From: Acetomicrobium hydrogeniformans
GTDB lineage: Bacteria > Synergistota > Synergistia > Synergistales > JAFGMB01
NCBI GenBank assembly: GCA_016841745.1
Contig: JAENYO010000001.1
Location: forward strand, 601,463-665,462
Direction: 5' to 3'
DNA: 64,000 bases
Shown: positions 38,801 through 47,330 of the stretch, piece by piece
Layout: each line of letters starts with the position of its first letter
How positions within the stretch are numbered: position 1 is the stretch's first letter
Program-made: the position numbers and the translations under genes
Notes under the pieces: model-generated
Told to the model about the DNA's origin: nothing
The model's input: only the letters and a program-made list of their open reading frames with translations
The model's database searches: none

Positions 38801-39928
38801 ATGCTGAAGGAATACAGGCCTGACATCCTGATTCTCGACCTTGTAATGCCTGAGATGAACGGATTTGAAGTTCTGAATAATATCAGGGCTAACCCCAAAA
38901 CATCTGATATACCTGTGATTATCGTTACAGCAAAGGACCTTACTGTTGAAGAGAAGAAATATCTTTCAGGCAACGTGATCAATATTCTTCAAAAAAGCGA
39001 GGATTCCCCATTCGAATTGGGAAGGAAATTGAAAAAGATGATCCACTCAATAGAGAAGACGGTACGCAATGGGGATACCCTTAACCTTCCAGCTTCAAGA
39101 AATATTCTTCTAGTCGAAGATAACGAGATTGCCGCACTTCAGGTGAGAATGGTCCTGGAAAAAGAAGGCTTCAACGTGGAATCAGTAACGGGGGGAGAAG
39201 AAGCTCTCTCCTATCTGGAGGAACATATTCCGGACGGGATGATCCTGGACCTGATGATGCCGGGAATGGACGGTTTTCACGTACTGCACCAGATAAGAAG
39301 GAATAAGCAAACACAACATATACCAGTTCTTGTCCTGACTGCAAAGGACCTTAGCTCTGAAGATTTTGAAAGGTTGAGCGCTGATAATATCCAGCAACTT
39401 ATTCACAAGGGAGATCTTGATAAAGAAGGGCTCCTGCAGATGGCAAGGATGGTCTTTGAGGGCTCTCCCTGGACGTCTGGTCCGCTGCTGAATAATCCTG
39501 GTAAAGGTACAGACCTGTCCATTGACCCGAAAGGACAACATGTCAGAGAAAAAGCAGGCAAAGACACTCCAAGTATCCTTATCGTAGAGGACAATCCGGA
39601 TAACCTCTTTACCCTCAAGACTCTGCTTGGACATGATTTCGACTTCTTTGAGGCTTCCGACGGAGAACAAGGCCTTAGTATGGCTCTGAGCAGGGAACCA
39701 GACCTTATTCTTCTAGACATATCTTTGCCTAAAATGGATGGATACGAAGTAGCAAGAAGAATAAAGGAAAATAGCGGAACAAAAAGAATTCCGGTAATAG
39801 CCGTAACAGCCAGAGCTATGAGAGGCGAAAGAGAACGGGCTCTGGCTTCCGGATGTGACGATTATATTTCAAAACCCATCGACCAGGACATACTGGAAGA
39901 GAAGGTTTCATTCTGGATGGGACATTGA
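35816..39928 (+). CDS. hybrid sensor histidine kinase with four C-terminal receiver domains
   Basis: Two TM segments flank a ~260-aa external domain, followed by HAMP, a GAF-like region and a coiled coil. H-box SHELRTPLNSIL; N/G boxes NIIGNAVKFT, DTGVGI, GTGLGLAI. Four REC domains start at about 38330, 38690, 39100 and 39570, each with a D-x-x-MP-x-M(D/N)G phospho-acceptor context. Confidence 0.9.
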   Translation: MFNRIRFKSINNLLLFWFVIVSLLPLIVMTGLTYDQRMRSIRVDAFSKLAGVRDMQKNQLANWLDHISQHMTYIAENINEKNDMETHLLLKNRRNLSETGRMEGILSDMVSRSDYFREIYLTGQEGTFISSHRETGTLPSNLITYTSTAIKGFKDIFSDVYRNREGKLVMALIHPLREEGMERPYGLMTGIIDLETTVFNDLLRRPGLGNSGEILIVDKDGTVLNPLLWADDAPLKLKINSLSVQSAERGSTGNVRETDYRGEEVLSSYTFLPRTRWGIVAKQDLIEVYTPIYSMLHLILIIFSFSVSGTCALAILISRGISKPIGKITEIARRIDNGELTARNNIDRADELGILGRTINTMADSLLSLIRIQDGITGIVSTAVTHEGTVQFADILIRKLVDVTESGMGAFYLKTGDGKSFKNIASMGMNPETRDKPIAAEDIEYQFGTSFMRKNIAFIKEIPQSSIFRFKTAAGVVPPREIISIPLLLDKEVKAIIALASVWPYSQEHKNVVNLSWSSINTSFSNIINHEKTNLLARELSQKNTELRSQSEKLRAQSNELRSQSEELLEQNIELEYQRKQVEEANRLKSEFLSNMSHELRTPLNSILALSRVMKSQTLEKLTSDEAKYLEIIERNGRQLLNLINDILDLSKIEAGKVEISQEVFSIRMCIEEICESMIPLVAEKDVDLKLSLPEDLPDIESDEEKVNKILLNIIGNAVKFTNEGSVSINAFSEEDKIFIEVEDTGVGIPANELPFVFDEFRQADGTSSRQFEGTGLGLAICKKTADMLGGHILAESQEGMGSKFTIVLPLKWPGQGKVVSRLRFNQRKLKKINPNKGKKILVVDDDFKARSIISEYLSREGYEVAHADSGEKALKMAYLYQPFAITLDLIMPDMDGWEVLQNLKEDPRTRDIPVIIISVSDERETGVALGAVSFLTKPLDEKRLLNEIDNIGHNNSRKIMIVDDSDLDRSSMAESLLKEGFSTYALSNGKECLSMLKEYRPDILILDLVMPEMNGFEVLNNIRANPKTSDIPVIIVTAKDLTVEEKKYLSGNVINILQKSEDSPFELGRKLKKMIHSIEKTVRNGDTLNLPASRNILLVEDNEIAALQVRMVLEKEGFNVESVTGGEEALSYLEEHIPDGMILDLMMPGMDGFHVLHQIRRNKQTQHIPVLVLTAKDLSSEDFERLSADNIQQLIHKGDLDKEGLLQMARMVFEGSPWTSGPLLNNPGKGTDLSIDPKGQHVREKAGKDTPSILIVEDNPDNLFTLKTLLGHDFDFFEASDGEQGLSMALSREPDLILLDISLPKMDGYEVARRIKENSGTKRIPVIAVTARAMRGERERALASGCDDYISKPIDQDILEEKVSFWMGH

Positions 39929-39959
39929 CGATCCTGCCGGGGAAAGAGGGGGACTCACA

Positions 39960-41024
39960 GTGATTAAGATATTGGCCATAGACGACAGGGAAGATAATCT
40001 GGTTGTTATTCAGGCAATGCTCAAGACATTCCTTCCGGGTTGCAGCGTAACAACTGCCAGTTCAGGACCTGAGGGAATCGAAAAGGCCAGGAGAGACTGT
40101 CCTGATACGATCCTTCTTGATATAAAAATGCCGAGGATGGATGGTTTCGAAACTTGTCAAAGGCTCAGGTCAGATCCGCTTACCAGGCATGTTCCGATAA
40201 TACTTCTTACAGCAATTTCAAATAGTCCAGCAAACCGCAAGATGGGACTCGAAGCTGGAGCAGATGCTTTTATGGCCAAACCCATAGATGAAGGAGAACT
40301 AATAGCCCAGGTTCAGGCTATGCTCAGGATAAAAAAATCCGAGGACAAACTTCGTCATGAAAGAGATATCCTTGAAAAACTCGTTCAGGAAAGAACTATA
40401 GAACTTCGAGAAAGCCTGCAGGGTGTAGAAAGACTGCTGGAACAGACCATCCAGGTCCTTGCGAATACTGTCGAGACAAAGGACCCTTACACCGCGGGGC
40501 ACCAGCAGAGAACAGCCCACATTGCCACATCCATAGCTTCAGCCATGGAACTCGACCCCAGCGTACAGAAAGCCATATACATGGCTGCGATGATCCACGA
40601 TATCGGAAAGATAAATATACCATCGGAAATACTTAATAAACCCGGAAAGATCAACGATACGGAGTTCTCCCTAATCAAGGAACACCCCGTGATTGGATGC
40701 CAGATCATCCAGCCCATCGACTTCCCCTGGCCAATAGATACCATCATTCTCCAACATCATGAGAGACTTGACGGTTCGGGATATCCCCATGGAATAAGTG
40801 AAGGGGAAATCCTTCTGGAATCCAAAATCCTGGGAGTGTCGGATGTAATGGAAGCTATGTGGTCTCACAGGCCTTACAGGGCCGCCAAAAGCATACAGGA
40901 CACGATCAATGAACTGGAAAACTTCAAGGGAATCAGATATGATCCTGAAGTTGTTGATGTTGCCCTTGGTCTTTTCCGACAGGGAAGGATATCGGCCGAA
41001 AAGGTAACACTGACCAATGTATGA
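39960..41024 (+). CDS. response regulator with an HD-GYP c-di-GMP phosphodiesterase output domain (RpfG-like)
   Basis: REC domain (ILAIDDREDNL, LLDIKMPRMDGFE, TAISNS, K in MAKP), then HD-GYP (MIHDIGKI, HHERLDGSGYP). The GTG at 39960 is preceded by a GAGGGGG SD. The track start at 39855 lies inside the kinase gene. Confidence 0.85.
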   Translation: MIKILAIDDREDNLVVIQAMLKTFLPGCSVTTASSGPEGIEKARRDCPDTILLDIKMPRMDGFETCQRLRSDPLTRHVPIILLTAISNSPANRKMGLEAGADAFMAKPIDEGELIAQVQAMLRIKKSEDKLRHERDILEKLVQERTIELRESLQGVERLLEQTIQVLANTVETKDPYTAGHQQRTAHIATSIASAMELDPSVQKAIYMAAMIHDIGKINIPSEILNKPGKINDTEFSLIKEHPVIGCQIIQPIDFPWPIDTIILQHHERLDGSGYPHGISEGEILLESKILGVSDVMEAMWSHRPYRAAKSIQDTINELENFKGIRYDPEVVDVALGLFRQGRISAEKVTLTNV

Positions 41025-41095
41025 CTGAAATAGCTTCAACCTTGCTCCATCGTTCATTCGGCAATAAAATATCCATATAATTTTATATTCCTAAG

Positions 41096-41123
41096 GGGAA
41101 GACTTTTGTGTCTTTCCTTTTTT
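41096..41123 (+). terminator. rho-independent terminator after the HD-GYP regulator gene
   Basis: GGGAAGAC-TTTTGT-GTCTTTCC (8 bp including one G-U pair) followed by TTTTTTATTT. Confidence 0.7.
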
Positions 41124-41167
41124 ATTTATAAAATAGCAGAAACTACTGTTTTGAAAAGGAGGTTCCC

Positions 41168-42079
41168 TTGGCTAATATAATAGTCGCTGGATCGGTAAAT
41201 ATGGATCTTGTAATAAGGACTCCAAGACTTCCCAGGCTGGGAGAAACCATTCTTGGAGAAAACCTTGCCATGGTGGGAGGGGGAAAAGGAGCTAACCAGG
41301 CTGTAGCCTGTGCCAGACTGGGTGCAGAAGTATCATTCATAGGCAGAGTGGGTCAGGATGAATTTGGAAATACTCTTCTTAAAAACCTTAAGAACGAAGG
41401 GATAGACTGCGAAGGTGTAACGGTATCAGAAGATATAAATACAGGGATGGCTCTGATAACTGTAGTAAAGGAGGGGGACAATTCCATCGTTGTCTCTCCC
41501 GGAGCCAACATGCTTCTTTCGCCGCGAGATATAACCAGTCAAGAAGATAAGTTCATAAACAGCCAGGCTTCTCTTTTCCAACTTGAAGTTCCTCTGAAAA
41601 CCCTCGAAGAAGGCCTCAGACTTTCAAAAAAATATGGTTTGCTTACTATCCTTGATCCCGCACCTTTTACTGAAATACCTGACAGTTTCCTTAAATTGAT
41701 AGATATCCTCGTCCCGAATAGCATCGAACTGCGCCAGATGTCAGGACTCGATGACATGGAAAGAGCTGCGTTGTCCCTTATTCAAAGGGGGGTAAAAACA
41801 GTTGTGGTAACTGCAGGAGCAGATGGAGCAATTCTTTTCGAAAGCAGTTATATCTCAAGGGTCCAGGGACCAGCCATATCTCCAGTCGATACAACAGGAG
41901 CCGGAGATGCCTTTGCAGGAGCGATGGCAGTTGCCCTGTCTGAAGGGAAATCCACACAGGAAACCATAGGATTTGCCAATTGTGCAGGAGCTCTTGCATG
42001 TACCATTCTGGGAGCTCAGACAAGTCTCCCCTTCAGGGAAGATGTGGAAAAACTCTATCGTCAGACTTACAGGTCCTGA
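41168..42079 (+). CDS. rbsK: ribokinase
   Basis: IIVAGSVNMDLV, GGKGANQAVA and the C-terminal DTTGAGDAFAGA anion-hole motif. 303 aa. TTG start with GGAGG SD. Confidence 0.85.
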   Translation: MANIIVAGSVNMDLVIRTPRLPRLGETILGENLAMVGGGKGANQAVACARLGAEVSFIGRVGQDEFGNTLLKNLKNEGIDCEGVTVSEDINTGMALITVVKEGDNSIVVSPGANMLLSPRDITSQEDKFINSQASLFQLEVPLKTLEEGLRLSKKYGLLTILDPAPFTEIPDSFLKLIDILVPNSIELRQMSGLDDMERAALSLIQRGVKTVVVTAGADGAILFESSYISRVQGPAISPVDTTGAGDAFAGAMAVALSEGKSTQETIGFANCAGALACTILGAQTSLPFREDVEKLYRQTYRS

Positions 42080-42096
42080 ATAGCTTATTTATAAAT

Positions 42097-45000
42097 CTAA
42101 TCCATACCTTCGTGGATCAGGCCATCCCTGATGCGATATATTCCCGGAGTATTCCCTTTTTCTTTTATAACTGAAGATATCATTTCAAGAAAAGCCGGAT
42201 TACAGGAAAAAAAGAAAACCTGCTGATAACGGGAATGCTCCATCAGAACCTCTGCAAGGTGTTTCTGACGGTCTAGATCAAAGCGAAGATGGATGTCATC
42301 AAGAATTACCGGCAGGACTCCAGAAGTTCCGCTGAGGCTTCTGGTTACTGCAAGACGGATGGCCAGATAGGCCTGATCAGCCAGGCCACTGCTCCATTCC
42401 TGGCTTCCTTTCCTTACAAGAGTCCGTTTATCGGAAAGAAATATCCGGCGGTCAAGAGCTGAACACAATAGTCCATACCTCCCTCCTGTAATGATCTCCA
42501 TATACTTACCGGCCATTTTTGTAACCCTAGGCTGTCTCTGAATTTCATGGATTTCCCTTGCCTTTGCCAGCAAAGCTCTACATATGGCAAGAGCAGCCCA
42601 TTTCATAGAGTTGTCCCGGCATTTTGCATGGAGAAATTCTTTTTCCTGGATCACTCGACTCTGCTTATCTTCAAGGGAAAGTTCCTGAAGGCGCATCTCC
42701 AGTTTTGCAAGCAACCCTATGCTTTCCTCCCTTTTCGTAGATAAGGAGTTTATCTTTTCAGTATTTTTTTCCAGATCCATCTCAAGAGCAAGGGTATCTA
42801 CATTATTCAGTCTTTCGACCAGTTTCTCAAGCAGGTTCTCATTACCAGCCAATCCTATCAACCTTGCCACAAGTTCCATCTCCAGGTTCTTCAATTCAGA
42901 AAGACGGCCATATTCTTCGATCCTTGAAAAGAATGTTTCCTCAGAAAAAGCATTAGATCTGTTCATCAGTTCTTCCATTTCGGAAAGGGCACATTCAGAC
43001 CTTTGCTGATGTTCTGATCTTTGGGTAAGGAGATCCCCATACTCCTTCTCCAGGATGGATATTTTCCTCTGGGCTTCCGTACTTTCCTTCAACTTGCCGG
43101 CAAGGAAGGTTATCCTGTCTGTAATATCAGCCTCAAAGGACAGGTCACACAAAAAACAAAGGTTATCCAGATCCTCATTTTTAACTCTCTCAAGCTCCTT
43201 CAGCTTTTTGATCTTTTCAGATATTTCATGTTTTCGTATAGAGACCCTGGAAGCTGAAAGAATGGTCTGGATAAGGATCTGAAAAGTCTCAGGTTCCGTA
43301 TTGAGAGGGAGGTTCTTATCTTCAAGATATTTATTCCACTCCTTTTGCCATTCTGCGAGACTCTCCCGTGAAATTGTGACCTTATCTTCAATGAAAGCGA
43401 GTGCCTTGACCTGCTTCTGAAATTTTTCATGGAGGTCACATATTTTCTGAAGAACACGCTCTCTCTCCCTGGCCTCAGCCAGCCTCAGGTTTGCCCGTAT
43501 AACCTGTTCATCCAGTTGCTCTCTGTTGAAATCCTCATCCAGGACCATGTTCTCTGTAAGTAGGAATACATTCCTGTTGAGAACATCCATCAGACCTTCC
43601 TGGATCGAAAGTTCGGTCTTTATCTTTTCTGTTTTTTCAATGATCATGTGTCTTTCTTTTTCTGAAGTTTTACGGGATTTTCTGGCATTGATATCCTGTT
43701 TTCTCCAGAAAAACATAAGAAAAAATGAAAAGATCAGAGAAAGAGTGGTATAAAAAGCTGAATATACAGATCCTAACCAGTAATGAACTAAAGGAATACC
43801 TGCAATAACAAGAATTGCGGAATAAGACAGGAAACTTGCCCGGATCGGTGTTTCATAGATTTCCGCCATAGAGTCAACAGCTTTCAGCCTTTCCCTATAA
43901 TCCTCAAGACTTCCTTCGAGGGACCTGATATTTTCATACAGATGCTCCCTCTGAAGAAGTAACTCTCCCGTTTTTCTAAGATCATCGATAAACCTTGAAA
44001 CATTTTCTACGGTTTCATCATCATCTCCATATTCTGAAAAGGCTATTCTTGCTTGTGAAAGTTCTTCCATAGCATGATCCTTCTCTTTTCCAGCCCTTTC
44101 AAAGAGGAGTTTTGCCTGAAGATGCTCATTTTCCAGAATCTTAAACCTGTTGATAAGTTCAAGAGCCTCTTTCCCGGCAGCAAGGGAAGTATTAGCCCTT
44201 TCCAGGTTTTCCATCTTCCAGTCAGGAGATATATGAAAAAGCTGTTGCGAAAGATCAATTGAAAGGGTCTTCAGTTTTTCTTCCATGAATGAGATTTCTG
44301 AATGAAGATCTGCAAGCCTGGATCTTTCATCCCTCAGGGATTCTATCCTCTCTGCAAGATCCATAAGCTTGGAATTAACCTCGAGATGACCCTTTTCAAT
44401 GATTATATTTTCCATATTTTTCTCTATTTTACTTAGCTGATCCTTATGAAAGGTTATATTTCTTTTTATGTCAGCATATCTTTCCTTTGCACCGGGGGGA
44501 AGATCTTTGACATTCTCTTCGAGAGAAGATATCTCCTTTTTTACACCCTGAAGCCTGGCAAAAGGTTCCAGAAGAGAGTGTAGCCGTTTAAGTTCCATGT
44601 CGTTTTTTCTGAGAAAGTCCAGTTCAAGGGTAATGTCTCCTATTTCTCTGGAGAGGATTTCCTTCTTTTCTCCCAGATGGGCATATTCATTCTCAAGATG
44701 GGCAAGTTGCCTGATCTCTTTCTGTACTTCCCCCAATCTGCTGGAATCATCCCTTATCAGGGATCGAGAACGTATAGACCTGTTACGGGCGAGTTTCTGC
44801 ATTTCCTTTTCAAGTTTTGAGAAGGTCTCTGAAATAGAGATGTCACCAAGGCCGGCTCCAGCTGCGAAAAGCCTGTTCCTGAGTTTATCTTCATCCAGAA
44901 GGGAATCAGCATCCAGGTAAAGGTCATCCAGTCCTACAGCAAATACCCTTTCAAAAAGGTGTCTGTCAAGCCCTCCGATCTTTTCAAGTCCACTGGCATG

Positions 45001-45300
45001 ATCCAGAGAGTCACCTTTCTGGTCGCTTACATGGACCTTCCTGTTCCTGAGTTCGAAGATCAATGAGTTTCCATTTTCCAGAGCAATCTCCATGGTACCT
45101 CCATGACCCCCACCCTGGAGGGGTTCATCCCTGGGAGAATTTCTTGACATTCCGAACAGAACTGATCTCATAAATCTCAGAAGGGTGGATTTGCCACTCT
45201 CATTATCTCCAGTAAAAATATTCAGACCAGAGGAAATGTCATTTATTCCAGTGTTATGGAGTATGCCGAAACCATTAACATGAAAGGACTTTATTTTCAA
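42097..45300 (-). CDS. YhaN-like SbcC/Rad50-family AAA ATPase with long coiled coils and a central membrane hairpin
   Basis: N-terminal Walker A GDNESGKST, and a C-terminal signature/Walker B region (SSGLADQAYLAIRL ... PVILDDIHLRFD). About 900 aa are coiled-coil-prone. Two hydrophobic helices at aa 488-532 (nt 43705-43839). Coupled by a 4-nt overlap to an SbcD-like gene. Confidence 0.75.
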   Translation of the reverse strand: MKIKSFHVNGFGILHNTGINDISSGLNIFTGDNESGKSTLLRFMRSVLFGMSRNSPRDEPLQGGGHGGTMEIALENGNSLIFELRNRKVHVSDQKGDSLDHASGLEKIGGLDRHLFERVFAVGLDDLYLDADSLLDEDKLRNRLFAAGAGLGDISISETFSKLEKEMQKLARNRSIRSRSLIRDDSSRLGEVQKEIRQLAHLENEYAHLGEKKEILSREIGDITLELDFLRKNDMELKRLHSLLEPFARLQGVKKEISSLEENVKDLPPGAKERYADIKRNITFHKDQLSKIEKNMENIIIEKGHLEVNSKLMDLAERIESLRDERSRLADLHSEISFMEEKLKTLSIDLSQQLFHISPDWKMENLERANTSLAAGKEALELINRFKILENEHLQAKLLFERAGKEKDHAMEELSQARIAFSEYGDDDETVENVSRFIDDLRKTGELLLQREHLYENIRSLEGSLEDYRERLKAVDSMAEIYETPIRASFLSYSAILVIAGIPLVHYWLGSVYSAFYTTLSLIFSFFLMFFWRKQDINARKSRKTSEKERHMIIEKTEKIKTELSIQEGLMDVLNRNVFLLTENMVLDEDFNREQLDEQVIRANLRLAEARERERVLQKICDLHEKFQKQVKALAFIEDKVTISRESLAEWQKEWNKYLEDKNLPLNTEPETFQILIQTILSASRVSIRKHEISEKIKKLKELERVKNEDLDNLCFLCDLSFEADITDRITFLAGKLKESTEAQRKISILEKEYGDLLTQRSEHQQRSECALSEMEELMNRSNAFSEETFFSRIEEYGRLSELKNLEMELVARLIGLAGNENLLEKLVERLNNVDTLALEMDLEKNTEKINSLSTKREESIGLLAKLEMRLQELSLEDKQSRVIQEKEFLHAKCRDNSMKWAALAICRALLAKAREIHEIQRQPRVTKMAGKYMEIITGGRYGLLCSALDRRIFLSDKRTLVRKGSQEWSSGLADQAYLAIRLAVTRSLSGTSGVLPVILDDIHLRFDLDRQKHLAEVLMEHSRYQQVFFFSCNPAFLEMISSVIKEKGNTPGIYRIRDGLIHEGMD

Positions 45301-46568
45301 AGTTTGTCTCCTCCAAGAAGTCCTGTCAGACCGATCTTCTCCGCCTCATCAAGGATCTCCTCAAGCACTTCCGGGGCCTCTATATCTGCGAGAAAGTCCT
45401 GAACCAGCTTAAAAGCTTCATCCTGCCTTATCATATCAGCTGCCATGGATGGATCTTTCCTTGCCAGATCACATAACTGAAGAAAGTCTGCTATAAAATC
45501 ATTCCCCTTTCTGAGTCTATCCCTGTCAAGTGGAAGATGCGCCATATTTTTTATTGATTCTATCCATATCTGGTCAAGTTTTCTTTTCTCATTCTCCCGG
45601 ATAAGGTCAAGCATATCTTTCTGAAAATCCAGATTTTCCAGGAGGGGAACAACTTCAGATTCCCCTTTGAGGATTACCCTCAGTATGGAGGGTAATCCTT
45701 CAGCCCTTAATCTCTGAAGGTCACAAAGATCTCTCAGGCTATCAACAAGCTCTTCTGTCGAATTAACTGACGAAAGATCAAGCTCTGCTTCAGACCAGAG
45801 AATCTGTGAAGTAGAATGGAATTGGATTGCCATGATCTTCCTGTCTTCCACTTCAACAAGGTAACAGCCTCTTTTCCCTTTTTCACCAATATGTCTTCCC
45901 TGGATATTCCCGGAATAGACTACTGCCGGTTCAGATCCTCTTATTACACCTGGCATATGGATATGGCCGAGAGCCCAGTAGTCGATCCCTGTGCTTACAA
46001 GATCCGCCAGGGAACAGGGTGAATAATTCTGATGGCCGGGGGAGCTTCCCCCGAGATTACAGTGAAGCAGACCTATCTTGAACAGAGCAGAGTCATCCCG
46101 GGCATTGAAAAGGGATGCCAGATTACGGAACTCCTCTGCTCTCTTATAACTTATTCCATATATTTCAGCACAGGCCTGTCCTTTCCGGAAGTAGATCTTC
46201 TTCTCCACTTCCTGTCCAAACCTGTGAACACAGGAAGGGAAGGAAATACCAGATCTCCAGCTATCAAGAGGATCATGGTTGCCATGAACTATGAAACACT
46301 CTATCCCCCTATCCAGAGCCCTTTGAAGTATATCCCTGAAACCAAGCTGGGCCCGAATACTTCCATCTCCCTGATCATAGATATCACCCGAAATAAGAAT
46401 AAAGTCAGCACCTTCATCTATTGCAATATCTACTACTCTTTCAAAAGCACGAAAAGTTGCACTGACAAGCATTTTAGCAAGACGGGGATCGGAAGAGGCT
46501 ATTCCAGTAAAGGGACTGTCCAGATGAAGATCTGAACAATGAACAAAACTGAAAGAATTACCTGACAT
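45297..46568 (-). CDS. YhaO/SbcD-like DNA-repair metallophosphoesterase (exonuclease)
   Basis: Calcineurin-like motifs FVHCSDLHLD, ISGDIYD, VHGNHD and GHIH. 423 aa. Overlaps the start of the downstream ATPase gene. Confidence 0.8.
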   Translation of the reverse strand: MSGNSFSFVHCSDLHLDSPFTGIASSDPRLAKMLVSATFRAFERVVDIAIDEGADFILISGDIYDQGDGSIRAQLGFRDILQRALDRGIECFIVHGNHDPLDSWRSGISFPSCVHRFGQEVEKKIYFRKGQACAEIYGISYKRAEEFRNLASLFNARDDSALFKIGLLHCNLGGSSPGHQNYSPCSLADLVSTGIDYWALGHIHMPGVIRGSEPAVVYSGNIQGRHIGEKGKRGCYLVEVEDRKIMAIQFHSTSQILWSEAELDLSSVNSTEELVDSLRDLCDLQRLRAEGLPSILRVILKGESEVVPLLENLDFQKDMLDLIRENEKRKLDQIWIESIKNMAHLPLDRDRLRKGNDFIADFLQLCDLARKDPSMAADMIRQDEAFKLVQDFLADIEAPEVLEEILDEAEKIGLTGLLGGDKL

Positions 46569-46573
46569 TTAGA

Positions 46574-47302
46574 TCACGCTTTATCAATGGACAGACCATA
46601 AATATTATCAAGGCACTTTCCAGCCAGAGCGGCCAGACTCGATACAGTTCTTTCGCCGGGAAGACCGGAGGCATCATAGCTTAGAGGCAATTCGGTACAT
46701 GCTGTCATTACTGGAATAGGCCGTTTCTCCCAGAGATCCATAACAATGCCTTTGAGAATCCGCCCTGATTCTTCAAGTCTGTTGGCTTTTACCAACTCAA
46801 TACAGTGCTGAACCATTCGACAGTCATCCTGTCCCGGAAGATAGAAGGGATACTCCTTCCTCAGGGCATATGACTGATAGATGCCACACTGTAATGTGCC
46901 CTCTGTACCCAAAAGCCATGCACCTTCAGGGCTTTTGCTCTTACATGCTTCTATGGATGCTTCCACGATGTGGACAAGAGGAAGTTCCAGATCATCTTTA
47001 AAGAGATCTATGTAAAGATGTGCAGTATTACATGGAACCGCAAGAATGTCCGCACCCCAATCCAGAATCGTTAGAAGTCCTTTTTTCAGTTCATCCGTAG
47101 GGTCAGGCCCCTTCCCAAGGATAGCACTGCTTCTGTCAGGTATCTGGGGGTTGGAATACAGCAGCACCTTCGGATGCTGCTGGTCGGTAACAGCCGGAGA
47201 CATAAGGGTCAGTAAGCGCATAAATTCTGCCGTGGCAGCAGGCCCCATCCCTCCAAGAACCCCCAGGATCTTTAATGGTTTAAGCTTATAATCCATGTTC
47301 AT
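46574..47302 (-). CDS. aspartate/glutamate racemase family protein
   Basis: GVLGGMGPAATAEF, the first catalytic Cys context AVPCNTAH and the second TACTELPL. Confidence 0.85.
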   Translation of the reverse strand: MNMDYKLKPLKILGVLGGMGPAATAEFMRLLTLMSPAVTDQQHPKVLLYSNPQIPDRSSAILGKGPDPTDELKKGLLTILDWGADILAVPCNTAHLYIDLFKDDLELPLVHIVEASIEACKSKSPEGAWLLGTEGTLQCGIYQSYALRKEYPFYLPGQDDCRMVQHCIELVKANRLEESGRILKGIVMDLWEKRPIPVMTACTELPLSYDASGLPGERTVSSLAALAGKCLDNIYGLSIDKA

Positions 47303-47330
47303 GATTTATCTCCAGGTAAAAGAATATATA

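Noticed and set aside
39855-39959. The 5' extension of the HD-GYP response-regulator ORF (track start at 39855)
   Set aside because: It overlaps the last receiver domain of the hybrid kinase. A GTG at 39960 with a GAGGGGG SD starts exactly at the REC domain (VIKILAIDD).
42097-46568. The YhaN/YhaO-like ATPase-nuclease pair, considered as an SMC-type anti-phage system (Lamassu/Wadjet-like)
   Set aside because: The architecture is the two-gene SbcCD-like YhaO-YhaN arrangement, with no extra effector or kleisin-like genes. The neighbours are housekeeping genes, and there are no mobile-element hallmarks nearby. It is retained only as a note on the membrane hairpin.
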